Source: Candidatus Uhrbacteria bacterium (lineage in GTDB: Bacteria; Patescibacteriota; Patescibacteriia; UBA9934; UBA10169). Taken from it: DNA of 64,000 bases. Shown here piece by piece: positions 36,444 to 45,328 of this stretch. Within the stretch, counting starts at the first letter, position 1; every line of letters begins with the position of its first letter. Below the pieces are notes generated by a model. The model did not search any database and was not told the origin of the DNA. It saw only the letters and a list, made by a program, of their open reading frames with translations. A program made the position numbers and the translations under genes. Location: contig JACPJO010000005.1 in the NCBI GenBank assembly GCA_016187485.1, forward strand, positions 7,499-71,498. The letters are read 5' to 3'.

Positions 36444-37247
36444 ATGCCAAAGCGCACGCGCACGATTATCTCTTGGAATGTCAACGGTATTCGCTCGGTC
36501 TTGCGGCAGGGTCTTTCGGATTTTATAAAAAAACACCATCCCGACATTCTCTGCCTACAAGAAACGAAGGCTGAGCAAGGCCAAGCCGTCGTAGATTTGC
36601 CGGACTATGAGGAGTATTGGAATAGTGCAAAGAAGAGAAAGGGATATTCTGGCACCGCGATTTTCTCCAAGCAAAAACCTCTCTCGGTTTCTTTTGATTT
36701 ACCTGTCAAAGGCGGGGTGCTTACGGACGAGTATGGGGACGCTAATGGGGAAGGGCGCGTGATCACGGCCGATTACGGAGACTTTTTTCTGGTCAACGTG
36801 TATACACCAAATGCAAAGCCGGACTTGGGACGTCTGGCGTACCGACATAAAGTTTGGGACCCGGCGTTTCTGAAATATCTTAAAGCCCTTGAAAAGAAAA
36901 AACCCGTGATTGCCACAGGCGATTTCAATGTGGCGCACGAGGAGATAGACATTGCGCGACCGAAAGAGAATGTGAAAAACGCCGGCTTTACTCCCGAAGA
37001 GCGCAAAGGGTTTGAGCGCATAGTGGAGGCGGGGTTCGTGGACACGTTCCGTCTGCTCCACCCAAACGAAAAAGATCGTTACACGTGGTGGGCGCGCTGG
37101 AGCAATGCCCGTGCGCGCAATGTCGGTTGGCGCATTGATTATGTTATCGTCTCGCCGGCGCTCAAGAGAAAAATTAAACGCGCGTTTATTCTTGACCATG
37201 TTATGGGCTCCGATCATTGCCCTGTGGGGGTTGATTTGCTAGGGTAG
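36444..37247 (+). CDS. xth: Exodeoxyribonuclease III
   Basis: SWNVNGIR, LQETK, GYSG, GDFNVAH, GWRIDY, GSDHCP. Confidence 0.96.
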   Translation: MPKRTRTIISWNVNGIRSVLRQGLSDFIKKHHPDILCLQETKAEQGQAVVDLPDYEEYWNSAKKRKGYSGTAIFSKQKPLSVSFDLPVKGGVLTDEYGDANGEGRVITADYGDFFLVNVYTPNAKPDLGRLAYRHKVWDPAFLKYLKALEKKKPVIATGDFNVAHEEIDIARPKENVKNAGFTPEERKGFERIVEAGFVDTFRLLHPNEKDRYTWWARWSNARARNVGWRIDYVIVSPALKRKIKRAFILDHVMGSDHCPVGVDLLG

Positions 37248-37253
37248 CTCCGT

Positions 37254-38756
37254 ATGAACATCACTATCGTCAAAGGCAGACTGGAGGAACAAAAGGCCGA
37301 CCTTCTTGTGGTAAATGAATTCTCTGGTGTGGAGAAAACCGGCGGAGCGACGGGATCTGTTAATAAAGCGCTTGGGGGGCTTTTGGAGAAACTCATGAAG
37401 GAGGAGCAGTTTAATGGCGGACAGAGGGAGACGCTTCTAGTGCGGACGGGGGGTGTTATTCCCGGCTCACGGGTTCTTCTTGTTGGACTCGGTGAACGAA
37501 AAGATTTTTCTCTAGAAACCGTACGCGAGGTGAGCGCTGCTGCGTACAACACAGCGAAGAAACTTGGGGCGCGCCGCGTCGTCTCGATTCTTCACGGCGC
37601 AGGAGCAGGGAAGTTGTCGGCGCTTCTGTGTGCAAAGGCACAGACCGAAGGCGTACGGCTTGCCGAATATGAATTTGTTAAACGGAAAAAGGCACCAGAG
37701 AAAAAGACGCCGAAAGTAGAGTCCTGGACTATCGTCTCTTCGGATGCTGCTCATGTGCGTGCGGGGGCAAGGGGGGTGGGCGAAGGCGAACTTTCTGCCG
37801 AGGGAACGATCTTTGCGCGCGACCTTGTGAATGAGCCAGCGGGACAGATGACGCCAAGACATTTGGCGCTCGCGGCGCAAAACATCGCAAAGGTGAGCAA
37901 AGGAGCCGTTCGTATAAAAGTTTTTGAAGCAGGGCAGATCGAAAAGATGGGTATGGGGGGGGTTGCCGGCGTTGGTCAAGGATCTGTTCATCCGCCATAT
38001 TTTGTCCACCTTATCTACAAGCCACGCGGGGCAAAGAAAACGGTTGCGGTGGTGGGGAAGGGCATCACGTTTGACTCCGGTGGTCTTTCTCTCAAACCGG
38101 CCGACTACATGATGACGATGAAGTGCGACATGGCCGGTGCCGCGGCGGTGCTTGGGTTGTTCTCGGTGCTTACGCGGGTTGCTCCAAAGGTTACAGTGCA
38201 CGGGATTTTTGGCGCCTGTGAAAATATGCCGTCGGGAAACGCCATTCGACCGGGCGATGTACTCAAAGCGCTCAATGGAAAGACGATGGAGGTGTTGAAT
38301 ACGGATGCCGAGGGACGTTTGACGCTGGCCGACAGTCTTTCGTATGCGTCCAAATTGAAGCCCGACGCTCTTGTGGACCTTGCCACACTTACGGGTGCGT
38401 GCATGGCGGCACTTGGTGAAGAGATAACAGGGGTGATGGGGAACGACCACAAGTTGACAGGAGCAATATTGCAAGCGGCTGCCGCGGCTGGCGAAAAGAT
38501 GTGGGAGCTGCCACTTGAGAAGAGATACAAAGATCTCATCAAATCTGAAATTGCCGACGTAAAAAATATCGGGGGGAAATACGGCGGCGCCATTACCGCG
38601 GGTCTCTTCCTGCAAGAATTTGTTGACGCGGAAATTCCCTGGGTTCATCTAGACATTGCCGGTCCCGCGTTTGCCGAGCGGCCGGTAAATGCGTACACCC
38701 GTTATGGCGGCACCGGAGCCGGTGTAACAACACTCATCGAGTTCTTGAAAAAGTAG
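37254..38756 (+). CDS. pepA: Leucyl aminopeptidase (M17)
   Basis: GKGITFDSGG, MKCDMAG, NTDAEGRL, DLATLTGA, HLDIAG. Confidence 0.96.
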   Translation: MNITIVKGRLEEQKADLLVVNEFSGVEKTGGATGSVNKALGGLLEKLMKEEQFNGGQRETLLVRTGGVIPGSRVLLVGLGERKDFSLETVREVSAAAYNTAKKLGARRVVSILHGAGAGKLSALLCAKAQTEGVRLAEYEFVKRKKAPEKKTPKVESWTIVSSDAAHVRAGARGVGEGELSAEGTIFARDLVNEPAGQMTPRHLALAAQNIAKVSKGAVRIKVFEAGQIEKMGMGGVAGVGQGSVHPPYFVHLIYKPRGAKKTVAVVGKGITFDSGGLSLKPADYMMTMKCDMAGAAAVLGLFSVLTRVAPKVTVHGIFGACENMPSGNAIRPGDVLKALNGKTMEVLNTDAEGRLTLADSLSYASKLKPDALVDLATLTGACMAALGEEITGVMGNDHKLTGAILQAAAAAGEKMWELPLEKRYKDLIKSEIADVKNIGGKYGGAITAGLFLQEFVDAEIPWVHLDIAGPAFAERPVNAYTRYGGTGAGVTTLIEFLKK

Positions 38757-38803
38757 GCTCGGGCGTGTAACCGCTACGTCCACCTTATCTTCCTCGCTCG
38801 AGT

Positions 38804-39364
38804 CTATTTTCCAAGCGTTTGCTCACCCGGCTTCCAATCTACGGGACAGCGTTCGCCGGTTTGCAGCGCCGCAAGAACACGCAGGACCTCATCTACGGAT
38901 CGTCCGACGTCGAGATCGTTGTATGCGGCGTAGCGCAAGACTCCTTCGGGATCAATGATGAAGGTGCCACGAAGCGTGATGCCCTTACTGTGCACAAGAA
39001 CACCGTACGCGTCGCTCATCTCTTGCGTCATGTCCGAGAGCATGGGGAATTTGAGAGGCCCGATTTCTTTGAGCCACTGCTTGTGCGAATGCACGCTGTC
39101 GGTTGAGCAGCTGTACACGATTGTATTGAGCTTTTGAAAATCCGCAAAGCGCGTGGAGAACTGTGTGATCTCCGTGGGACAAATGAATGTGAAATCGAGC
39201 GGGTAGAAGAAAAGGACAACCCATTCACCACGGTGGCTTTTCAGGGGATAGGTGCGGAAGGTAACTCCGTCCGTATCTACTCCCTCTAGGGTAAAGTCTG
39301 GCGCCTGCTCTCCCACTTGCGCGTGTGCGCAGCAAAGGAAATCTTCGGTATTTTGGTCTATCAT
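38804..39364 (-). CDS. ahpC: 2-Cys peroxiredoxin
   Basis: FYPLDFTFICPTE, GRSVDE.LR, CPVDW.PG. Confidence 0.93.
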   Translation of the reverse strand: MIDQNTEDFLCCAHAQVGEQAPDFTLEGVDTDGVTFRTYPLKSHRGEWVVLFFYPLDFTFICPTEITQFSTRFADFQKLNTIVYSCSTDSVHSHKQWLKEIGPLKFPMLSDMTQEMSDAYGVLVHSKGITLRGTFIIDPEGVLRYAAYNDLDVGRSVDEVLRVLAALQTGERCPVDWKPGEQTLGK

Positions 39365-39410
39365 AGGTAAACAGCATAGCAAAAAATAAGGCAATTTGGT
39401 AGAGTGACGC

Positions 39411-40433
39411 ATGACTATGCAGGGACGCGGAAGAATTTTTCTTGGGATTTTAGCGGTTTTTGCCGTCGTGCTTTTTATTGCAGAATATCGAGCGCGAACC
39501 GCAGGGCCTCGTATCGAGCCGTTTGCGCAAAGCGAAGGGTGGGGTATCCCGCGTGAGGAAGTGTATGACTCCGGCCTCTCGTCCTCGTCCATTCCGGCCA
39601 TTGACGCCCCCGCGTTTATTTCCCCAAGCGAAGCGGATATATTTTTGTATGATGAAGGCGAGGGTGTCTCCCTATCCCTGGGCGGCGAGACACAATTCTA
39701 TCCTTTCCAGATTCTTGTGTGGCACATGGTTGTGAACGACATGATTGCCGGTGTGCCCATTGTTGTTACCTACGATCCTCTTGTGGGAAGCGCGATGGTC
39801 TACGATCGCCGTGTGGAGGGCCGCACCCTCTTGTTTTCGGTGAGTGGAAAATTATGGAACTCAAACGTTCTCTTGCTTGATCGCGAGACGGGAAGCCTTT
39901 GGCCGCAAACAACAGGACGGGCGGTGAATGGGGAATTCCTTGATCGCGATCTTGCACCGATAGGATCGGAAATCGTCACCTGGAAAAAGTGGAAGGCACA
40001 ACGCACAACAGGACGCGTGCTCTCTAAAAACACCGGGGCTGTGCGTGACTATACGCGTAATCCTTATCTTGGCTACGAAGAAAATCGTTTAGTGTATTTC
40101 CCGCTTTCCCGTCGTGACATTCGTCTCCACCCAAAGGAACTCGTCTTTGGGTATACAGGACCGGAAGGCGAGACGAAAGCGTACCCGCGCGAGTATTTGG
40201 TGGAAGAGGGAAGTATCACCGACACGGTTCTCGGGCGCAAAGTTGTCATGACGTTTAACGAGAACACAGGTGTGCTTCGTGCGAGGGGAGAAGATGTGGC
40301 GGGCGTGGCAAGCGATGTATTTCTCCGTCCTATGTATTGGTTCGCATGGGCGGCGATCCATCCAGACACAGAGCTCTATGACCCGCTCGGAGAAAAACAG
40401 AAAGTGGAAAGTGAACAGCAAGAAGGAGAGTAG
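39411..40433 (+). CDS. DUF3179-like exported protein
   Basis: IPAID.P.F, YP..IL.WH..VND, SG.L..SN....DR.T.SLW.Q, WFAW. Confidence 0.85.
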   Translation: MTMQGRGRIFLGILAVFAVVLFIAEYRARTAGPRIEPFAQSEGWGIPREEVYDSGLSSSSIPAIDAPAFISPSEADIFLYDEGEGVSLSLGGETQFYPFQILVWHMVVNDMIAGVPIVVTYDPLVGSAMVYDRRVEGRTLLFSVSGKLWNSNVLLLDRETGSLWPQTTGRAVNGEFLDRDLAPIGSEIVTWKKWKAQRTTGRVLSKNTGAVRDYTRNPYLGYEENRLVYFPLSRRDIRLHPKELVFGYTGPEGETKAYPREYLVEEGSITDTVLGRKVVMTFNENTGVLRARGEDVAGVASDVFLRPMYWFAWAAIHPDTELYDPLGEKQKVESEQQEGE

Positions 40434-40435
40434 CT

Positions 40436-41116
40436 ATGGGAACGCTCTTTGTCGTGGCGACGCCCATTGGGAACCTCCAGGATATTTCTGCGCGGGCGCG
40501 TGAGATTCTCGCGTCGGCCGATCTTGTGCTGTGCGAGGATACGCGCGTGACGGCAAAACTTCTTTCTGTGTACGACATCCACGTACGCACTGCCGCCCTG
40601 CATCAACATTCCACAGATGCGAAACACCAAGCGTATATCCGGCTGCTTGCCGAAGGAAAGACGCTCGCGCTTGTAAGCGACGCGGGAACACCAGCGATTT
40701 CCGACCCCGGCGGGAGGTTTGTAGAGGATGTTCTTCGCGCTCTTGGGGATGAAGCAAAGATCATTCCTATCCCCGGGCCGTCCGCAGTTACGGCAGTGTT
40801 AAGTGTCTCTGGATTTCCTGCAGACACCTTCACGTTTCTCGGTTTTCCCCCGCAGAAAAAGGGCCGAGAAGCTTTTTTCCGTTCGCTTGTTCACATCGAA
40901 CATACGGTAGTGTTTTACGAATCTATCCACCGTATTGTGAAGGCGCTCGCGTCTCTTTCGGCTCTTCTGCCGGAGCGCCAGATGGTGCTCTGCCGGGAGC
41001 TTACAAAACTGCACGAACATATCTATCGCGGGACGCCGGCGCAAGTGACAGACGCTCTTTTGGGTGATAGCATCAAAGGTGAGTGTGTGATCGTGCTTGC
41101 GCCCGCACGGTTTTAA
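40436..41116 (+). CDS. rsmI: 16S rRNA (C1402-2'-O)-methyltransferase
   Basis: VATPIGNL.DIS, CEDTR, SDAGTP.ISDPG, RELTK.HE. Confidence 0.96.
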   Translation: MGTLFVVATPIGNLQDISARAREILASADLVLCEDTRVTAKLLSVYDIHVRTAALHQHSTDAKHQAYIRLLAEGKTLALVSDAGTPAISDPGGRFVEDVLRALGDEAKIIPIPGPSAVTAVLSVSGFPADTFTFLGFPPQKKGREAFFRSLVHIEHTVVFYESIHRIVKALASLSALLPERQMVLCRELTKLHEHIYRGTPAQVTDALLGDSIKGECVIVLAPARF

Positions 41117-41117
41117 T

Positions 41118-42575
41118 ATGTCTCGTTTTTATCTCACGACAACTCTCCCCTACGTAAATGCCGATCCGCACATCGGATTCGCTCTTGAGATTGTGCAGGC
41201 GGATGTTGTGGCGCGCCTCCATCGCCAAAAGGGAGAGGAAGTTATTTTCAACACGGGCACAGACGAACATGGCCAGAAGATTTATCAAAAGGCTCTCGAA
41301 CAGGGGAAAGAGCCGCAGGCGTACTGTAATGAATATGCCGCAAAATTTGATCGGCTGAAGACGGCGCTTAACCTCTCCTACACGCATTTTATTCGTACGA
41401 CATCGCCAGACCATGTCGCGGCGGCACAGGAATTTTGGAGGCGTTGCGATGCGCACGGCGACATCTACAAAAAAAATTATCAGACAAAGTATTGCGTCGG
41501 GTGCGAATTGGAGAAACAAGACTCGGAGTTGACCGATGGCCGTTGCCCCGTTCATCCGAACCTTGCGCTTGAGCTGCGCGAGGAGGAAAATTATTTTTTC
41601 CGTTTTTCCAACTACCAGAAACCCCTCCTGGATCTCTATACGGCACATCCGGATTTTGTCGTGCCGGACTATCGGCTGACCGAAATCAAAAATTTCGTCG
41701 AGGCTGGGTTGCAGGATTTCAGCATCTCGCGACTAAAAGAGAAAATGCCGTGGGGAGTAAGCGTGCCGGGTGATGAAGCGCACGTGATGTATGTCTGGTT
41801 TGATGCGCTCATTAACTATATCTCTACGCTTGGCTGGCCCAAGGAGGGAAGTGATTTTGAAACCTTCTGGCCTGGGGTGCAGGTGGCGGGGAAGGACAAC
41901 CTTCGCCAACAGTCGGCAATGTGGCAGGCTATGTTGCTGTCGGCGGGGTTACCTCCATCCGAACAAATTTTCATACATGGTTTTATTACCGCGGATGGGG
42001 CGAAGATGAGTAAGTCGCTTGGAAATGTGGTGGATCCGTTTGCGATGGTCGAGCGTTATGGCACAGACGCCCTGCGGTACTATCTTCTGCGCGAGATTGT
42101 TTATGGGGCAGACGGGGATTTTTCGCTTTCACGGTTTGACGAACGATACAACGGTGATCTTGCGGATGAGCTTGGCAACTTGCTCCATCGTGTGCTCACC
42201 ATGACAGAGAAGTACGCAGAGGGGATTGCGCCTGCTCCCTCCGCTCAGGGAAAACAAGTTTCCGTGGACCGCGCCTATTTTGAGGAGCTCACTGACCAGT
42301 ATCGTTTCAGCGAAGCTCTCTCTCTGGTGTGGGATGTGGTGCGTATCGCCAATCAAGATATTGAGAACGCGAAACCGTGGGCGATGGCGAAAGAGGGGCG
42401 TTTCGATGAGGTGAAAGACGAGCTTGCGCACCTTTTGCATCTTCTCCGACAAATTGCTGACATGTTGGCTTCCTATTTGCCGGAGACGGCCGAACGAATG
42501 AAGCGCGCACTTGCCGAGCCCGGAAAACCAATAATGAAAGGGGAGCCGCTCTTCCCTAAAATGGAAACTCTATGA
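41118..42575 (+). CDS. metG: Methionine--tRNA ligase (short form)
   Basis: YVNADPHIG, GTDEHGQK, YVWFDAL.NY, KMSKS. Confidence 0.96.
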   Translation: MSRFYLTTTLPYVNADPHIGFALEIVQADVVARLHRQKGEEVIFNTGTDEHGQKIYQKALEQGKEPQAYCNEYAAKFDRLKTALNLSYTHFIRTTSPDHVAAAQEFWRRCDAHGDIYKKNYQTKYCVGCELEKQDSELTDGRCPVHPNLALELREEENYFFRFSNYQKPLLDLYTAHPDFVVPDYRLTEIKNFVEAGLQDFSISRLKEKMPWGVSVPGDEAHVMYVWFDALINYISTLGWPKEGSDFETFWPGVQVAGKDNLRQQSAMWQAMLLSAGLPPSEQIFIHGFITADGAKMSKSLGNVVDPFAMVERYGTDALRYYLLREIVYGADGDFSLSRFDERYNGDLADELGNLLHRVLTMTEKYAEGIAPAPSAQGKQVSVDRAYFEELTDQYRFSEALSLVWDVVRIANQDIENAKPWAMAKEGRFDEVKDELAHLLHLLRQIADMLASYLPETAERMKRALAEPGKPIMKGEPLFPKMETL

Positions 42576-43060
42576 CCTTTTCTCTCATGGACCTTATTCT
42601 TCTTGTCGTGCTCGGTCTCTTCACACTTGCCGGGCTCTACTTTGGGCTCTTCCATACGCTTGGAAGTCTCGTGGGCGCCGTCTTCTCCATCTTTGCTACC
42701 GGCTATGCCATGCCCTACGTGAGCAGTTGGCTTTCTGCGTGGATTCCGCTCTCGCCCCCGTTTACGGTTGTGCTGTTTGTCGTGCTTTTCCTTATCATCA
42801 GCCGATTGGTGGGATTTGTTTTCTGGATTCTCGATGAGACGCTTGGCATTGTGACGCGTCTCCCGTTTCTCTCTTCGGTTAATCATCTTTTGGGCGGCGT
42901 GTTTGGTTTTGTGGAAGGTGTTATTGCGCTTGGCGTGCTCATCTATGTGATCAACACGTACATCCCTTCGGGAGCGTTCCTCTCGGCCATAGCGGCTTCG
43001 CCAATTGCCGGATGGATTGTCGCCCTCACCGGCTGGCTGACCCCGTTGTTACCGTTTTAA
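42572..43060 (+). CDS. CvpA family membrane protein
   Basis: D..L......GL..G....LGSL.G, N.LLGG.FG..EG. Confidence 0.85.
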   Translation: MTFSLMDLILLVVLGLFTLAGLYFGLFHTLGSLVGAVFSIFATGYAMPYVSSWLSAWIPLSPPFTVVLFVVLFLIISRLVGFVFWILDETLGIVTRLPFLSSVNHLLGGVFGFVEGVIALGVLIYVINTYIPSGAFLSAIAASPIAGWIVALTGWLTPLLPF

Positions 43061-43099
43061 CAACGAGGCAGTCTGCTGGCAGGACTCCGAGCATCATCT

Positions 43100-43984
43100 A
43101 TGACTCTTTTCGATTCCCACTGCCACGTCCATTTTCGTGCTTATAAGGAGGACAGGGATGCTGTTATTAAGCGTGCAACCGAAGAGGGCGTTTTCATGCT
43201 TACCGTGGGGACGCAGGCGGATACGTCGCGTGAAGCGGTGCGTGTGGCTAACGCGCATGAAGGTGTGTGGGCGACGGTGGGGCTTCACCCCAATCACACG
43301 ACGGCACAAGAGTTTGTAGACGAGAGTGAGGAGGACACCATAGCGAAAGTCAAAACGCGCACAGAAGTTTTTGACGCGGAAATGTATCGTCCGCTTGCGC
43401 AAGATCCAAAGTGCGTGGCGATTGGGGAGTGCGGACTCGACTTTTATCGCATCCCCGAACATCTTGATCGAACGGACGTCATACGAACGCAAGAAGAGAT
43501 GCTGCGGCGGCAGTTTGATTTGGCGACCGAACTTGGGAAGCCCGTGGTCATCCATTGCCGCGACGCGCACAAAGAACAGGCAGATATAATTGAAGAGTAT
43601 GTCAAAAAGGGAAAGCTGGGTGCGCGGGGTGTGATCCATTGTTTTACGGGTACGAAGGAAGATGCCCTTCGGTATCTTGCGCTTGGGTTTTATATTTCGT
43701 TTTCGGGGGTCGTGACGTTTCCGCCACGTAAAGAGGGGTCTGACCCCTCCGGGGGTCAGACCCCTCTTGCGCCGCTTGCGCTTGTGGCGCGTGATATTCC
43801 GGAGAATCGAATTCTCATCGAAACTGACGCCCCCTATTTAGCGCCTATTCCCATGCGGGGTAAGCGCAATGAGCCGGCGTATGTGCGTCATACAGCAGAA
43901 TTTTTGGCAAAGTTGCGTGGAGTGACTTTGGAGGAGTTTGCAAAGGTGACAACAGAGAACACGAGGAGAGTATTTGGCATTTGA
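43100..43984 (+). CDS. tatD: TatD family DNase
   Basis: DSHCH, GLHP, AIGECGLDF, HCRDA, HCF, ETDAPYL. Confidence 0.95.
   Translation: MTLFDSHCHVHFRAYKEDRDAVIKRATEEGVFMLTVGTQADTSREAVRVANAHEGVWATVGLHPNHTTAQEFVDESEEDTIAKVKTRTEVFDAEMYRPLAQDPKCVAIGECGLDFYRIPEHLDRTDVIRTQEEMLRRQFDLATELGKPVVIHCRDAHKEQADIIEEYVKKGKLGARGVIHCFTGTKEDALRYLALGFYISFSGVVTFPPRKEGSDPSGGQTPLAPLALVARDIPENRILIETDAPYLAPIPMRGKRNEPAYVRHTAEFLAKLRGVTLEEFAKVTTENTRRVFGI
43731..43768. repeat. In-frame palindromic element in tatD
   Basis: Perfect 17-bp arms AAGAGGGGTCTGACCCC-TCCG-GGGGTCAGACCCCTCTT. Confidence 0.85.
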
Positions 43985-44030
43985 AATTCGAAAGCCAGGC
44001 ACGAGGCCTGGCTAGGAAGAAAAGAACGAA
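43984..44030 (-). terminator. Conserved 3' module copy C
   Basis: TTCGTTCTTTTCTTC-CTAGC-CAGGC-CTCGT-GCCTG-GCTTTCGAATTT. Confidence 0.8.
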
Positions 44031-45104
44031 CTAGAGCTTGTGGCCGAGGCGGCGCATGGTGGCGTGGATGTCGCTCACCACGAGCACGGCGTCGGCACGC
44101 GTGAGGTGCCACACGCGCTCGCCGTCCCAGTGGCGAAGTGGTCGCCGGATTGCCGAATCCTCGTTGAGTAGATCGGTGTAGAGTGCGCGCAGTCGGGGCT
44201 CGGACTTCTCTCCCTCGAATCGCTTGATGCGCAGTTTGAGGCGCCGAGCGAGCTCCGCCGACATCTCCTCGCGACTCTTCCGTGCCGCGACGAGCCGGAG
44301 GCTCGTATACACGCCGTCGTCTCGTCCCTGCTCCCACGCTGCGATGAGCTCCGGTTCCGGACTCACGCGGATGTAGTTGGCGGGGAGCGTGCGCGGCGGC
44401 GGTTGGGCGGCCTCGGTGCGCGGTGTGGCCTCTGCCGAAGGCGGTTCTGCCGCCTGCCGCTGCGCCTGCTCAATGTCCGCCGCCGTGACACCGCTTCCCG
44501 CCTGCACGACTTGTGCGCGCAGGCGCTCTTCGCGAATGCGCGCCCGGGAGCTTTCCGCCGCCGCCGTCTCTTCCGCCGTCTTCACGAGCTCCATCTTCTG
44601 CGTTCTAGCGTAGGCGGTGAAGCCATCGCGCACAGAGGAGTTCCAGAAGGCGCTGTCGTCGGGCCAGTCGGGCGCATCGTTGGGGGACGTGTAGCCGAGT
44701 TGTCGCGCCATCGCGATCACCTCGTCGTACTGATCGTCTCCCTCGGGCGCGATCTGCATCGGCTCGTCGGGGTTGCGGGAGGAACTGTGTCGGTACTTGT
44801 CGAGCGCCTTGAGTCCGTAGTAGATCGCCTCGCGCAGACTCTCGTCCACGCCGACCTTTTCGAGCAAGGTCTTCCATTGCTCGAGCGCGCCAGGCTTCTC
44901 CACGCTCTTCGTGAAGGTCCCCCGAGGGAGGAACCTCACGGCGCCCTCGACGAACGGGGCGAATTCGTAGCTGCCGTCCTTCTCTCGGTCTACGTAGTTG
45001 TTCCCCCCCTCCATCTGACGTGCGTCGGCGAAGGGGAGGGCGACGAGGTCCAGGTACTCCTGAGGATTCAGTTCAGAAAGGCTGATAGCCATGGGGTACT
45101 CCAC
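44031..45104 (-). CDS. GC-rich orphan protein (start 45104 or 45092)
   Basis: GC-biased codons, central Ala/Glu/Pro/Gln-rich linker, own promoter and terminator. Confidence 0.8.
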   Translation of the reverse strand: MEYPMAISLSELNPQEYLDLVALPFADARQMEGGNNYVDREKDGSYEFAPFVEGAVRFLPRGTFTKSVEKPGALEQWKTLLEKVGVDESLREAIYYGLKALDKYRHSSSRNPDEPMQIAPEGDDQYDEVIAMARQLGYTSPNDAPDWPDDSAFWNSSVRDGFTAYARTQKMELVKTAEETAAAESSRARIREERLRAQVVQAGSGVTAADIEQAQRQAAEPPSAEATPRTEAAQPPPRTLPANYIRVSPEPELIAAWEQGRDDGVYTSLRLVAARKSREEMSAELARRLKLRIKRFEGEKSEPRLRALYTDLLNEDSAIRRPLRHWDGERVWHLTRADAVLVVSDIHATMRRLGHKL

Positions 45105-45137
45105 TTCGTATAGGTTAGGAAAAGGCCGAAACGCCTC

Positions 45138-45199
45138 AACTTAGCAAAAAAACCTGTCGCTGTCAATGCGTTGACAGCAGCAGACTTTTCTGCTAGGTT
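45138..45199. promoter_or_regulatory. Back-to-back quasi-palindromic bidirectional promoter
   Basis: Minus TTGACA-17-TAAGTT and plus TTGACA-17-TAGGTT, -35 boxes 4 nt apart (TGTCAA-TGCG-TTGACA). Confidence 0.75.
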
Positions 45200-45328
45200 A
45201 AGCCCTTAGTTTGCGGCGATCCTGCCGCGAGCTTGGGCCGTCCAAAGACGGACGGCAAGTTCCTTGCAAGATGTTGGGCAATCCCGCCCTGTGTACGGCG
45301 CCGTGTGGCGCAGAAAGTGAGAGAGGCC

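Noticed and set aside
37512-38648. 378-aa antisense ORF within pepA (similarly 49192-50289 within atpA)
   Set aside because: Antisense to well-conserved genes, no motifs
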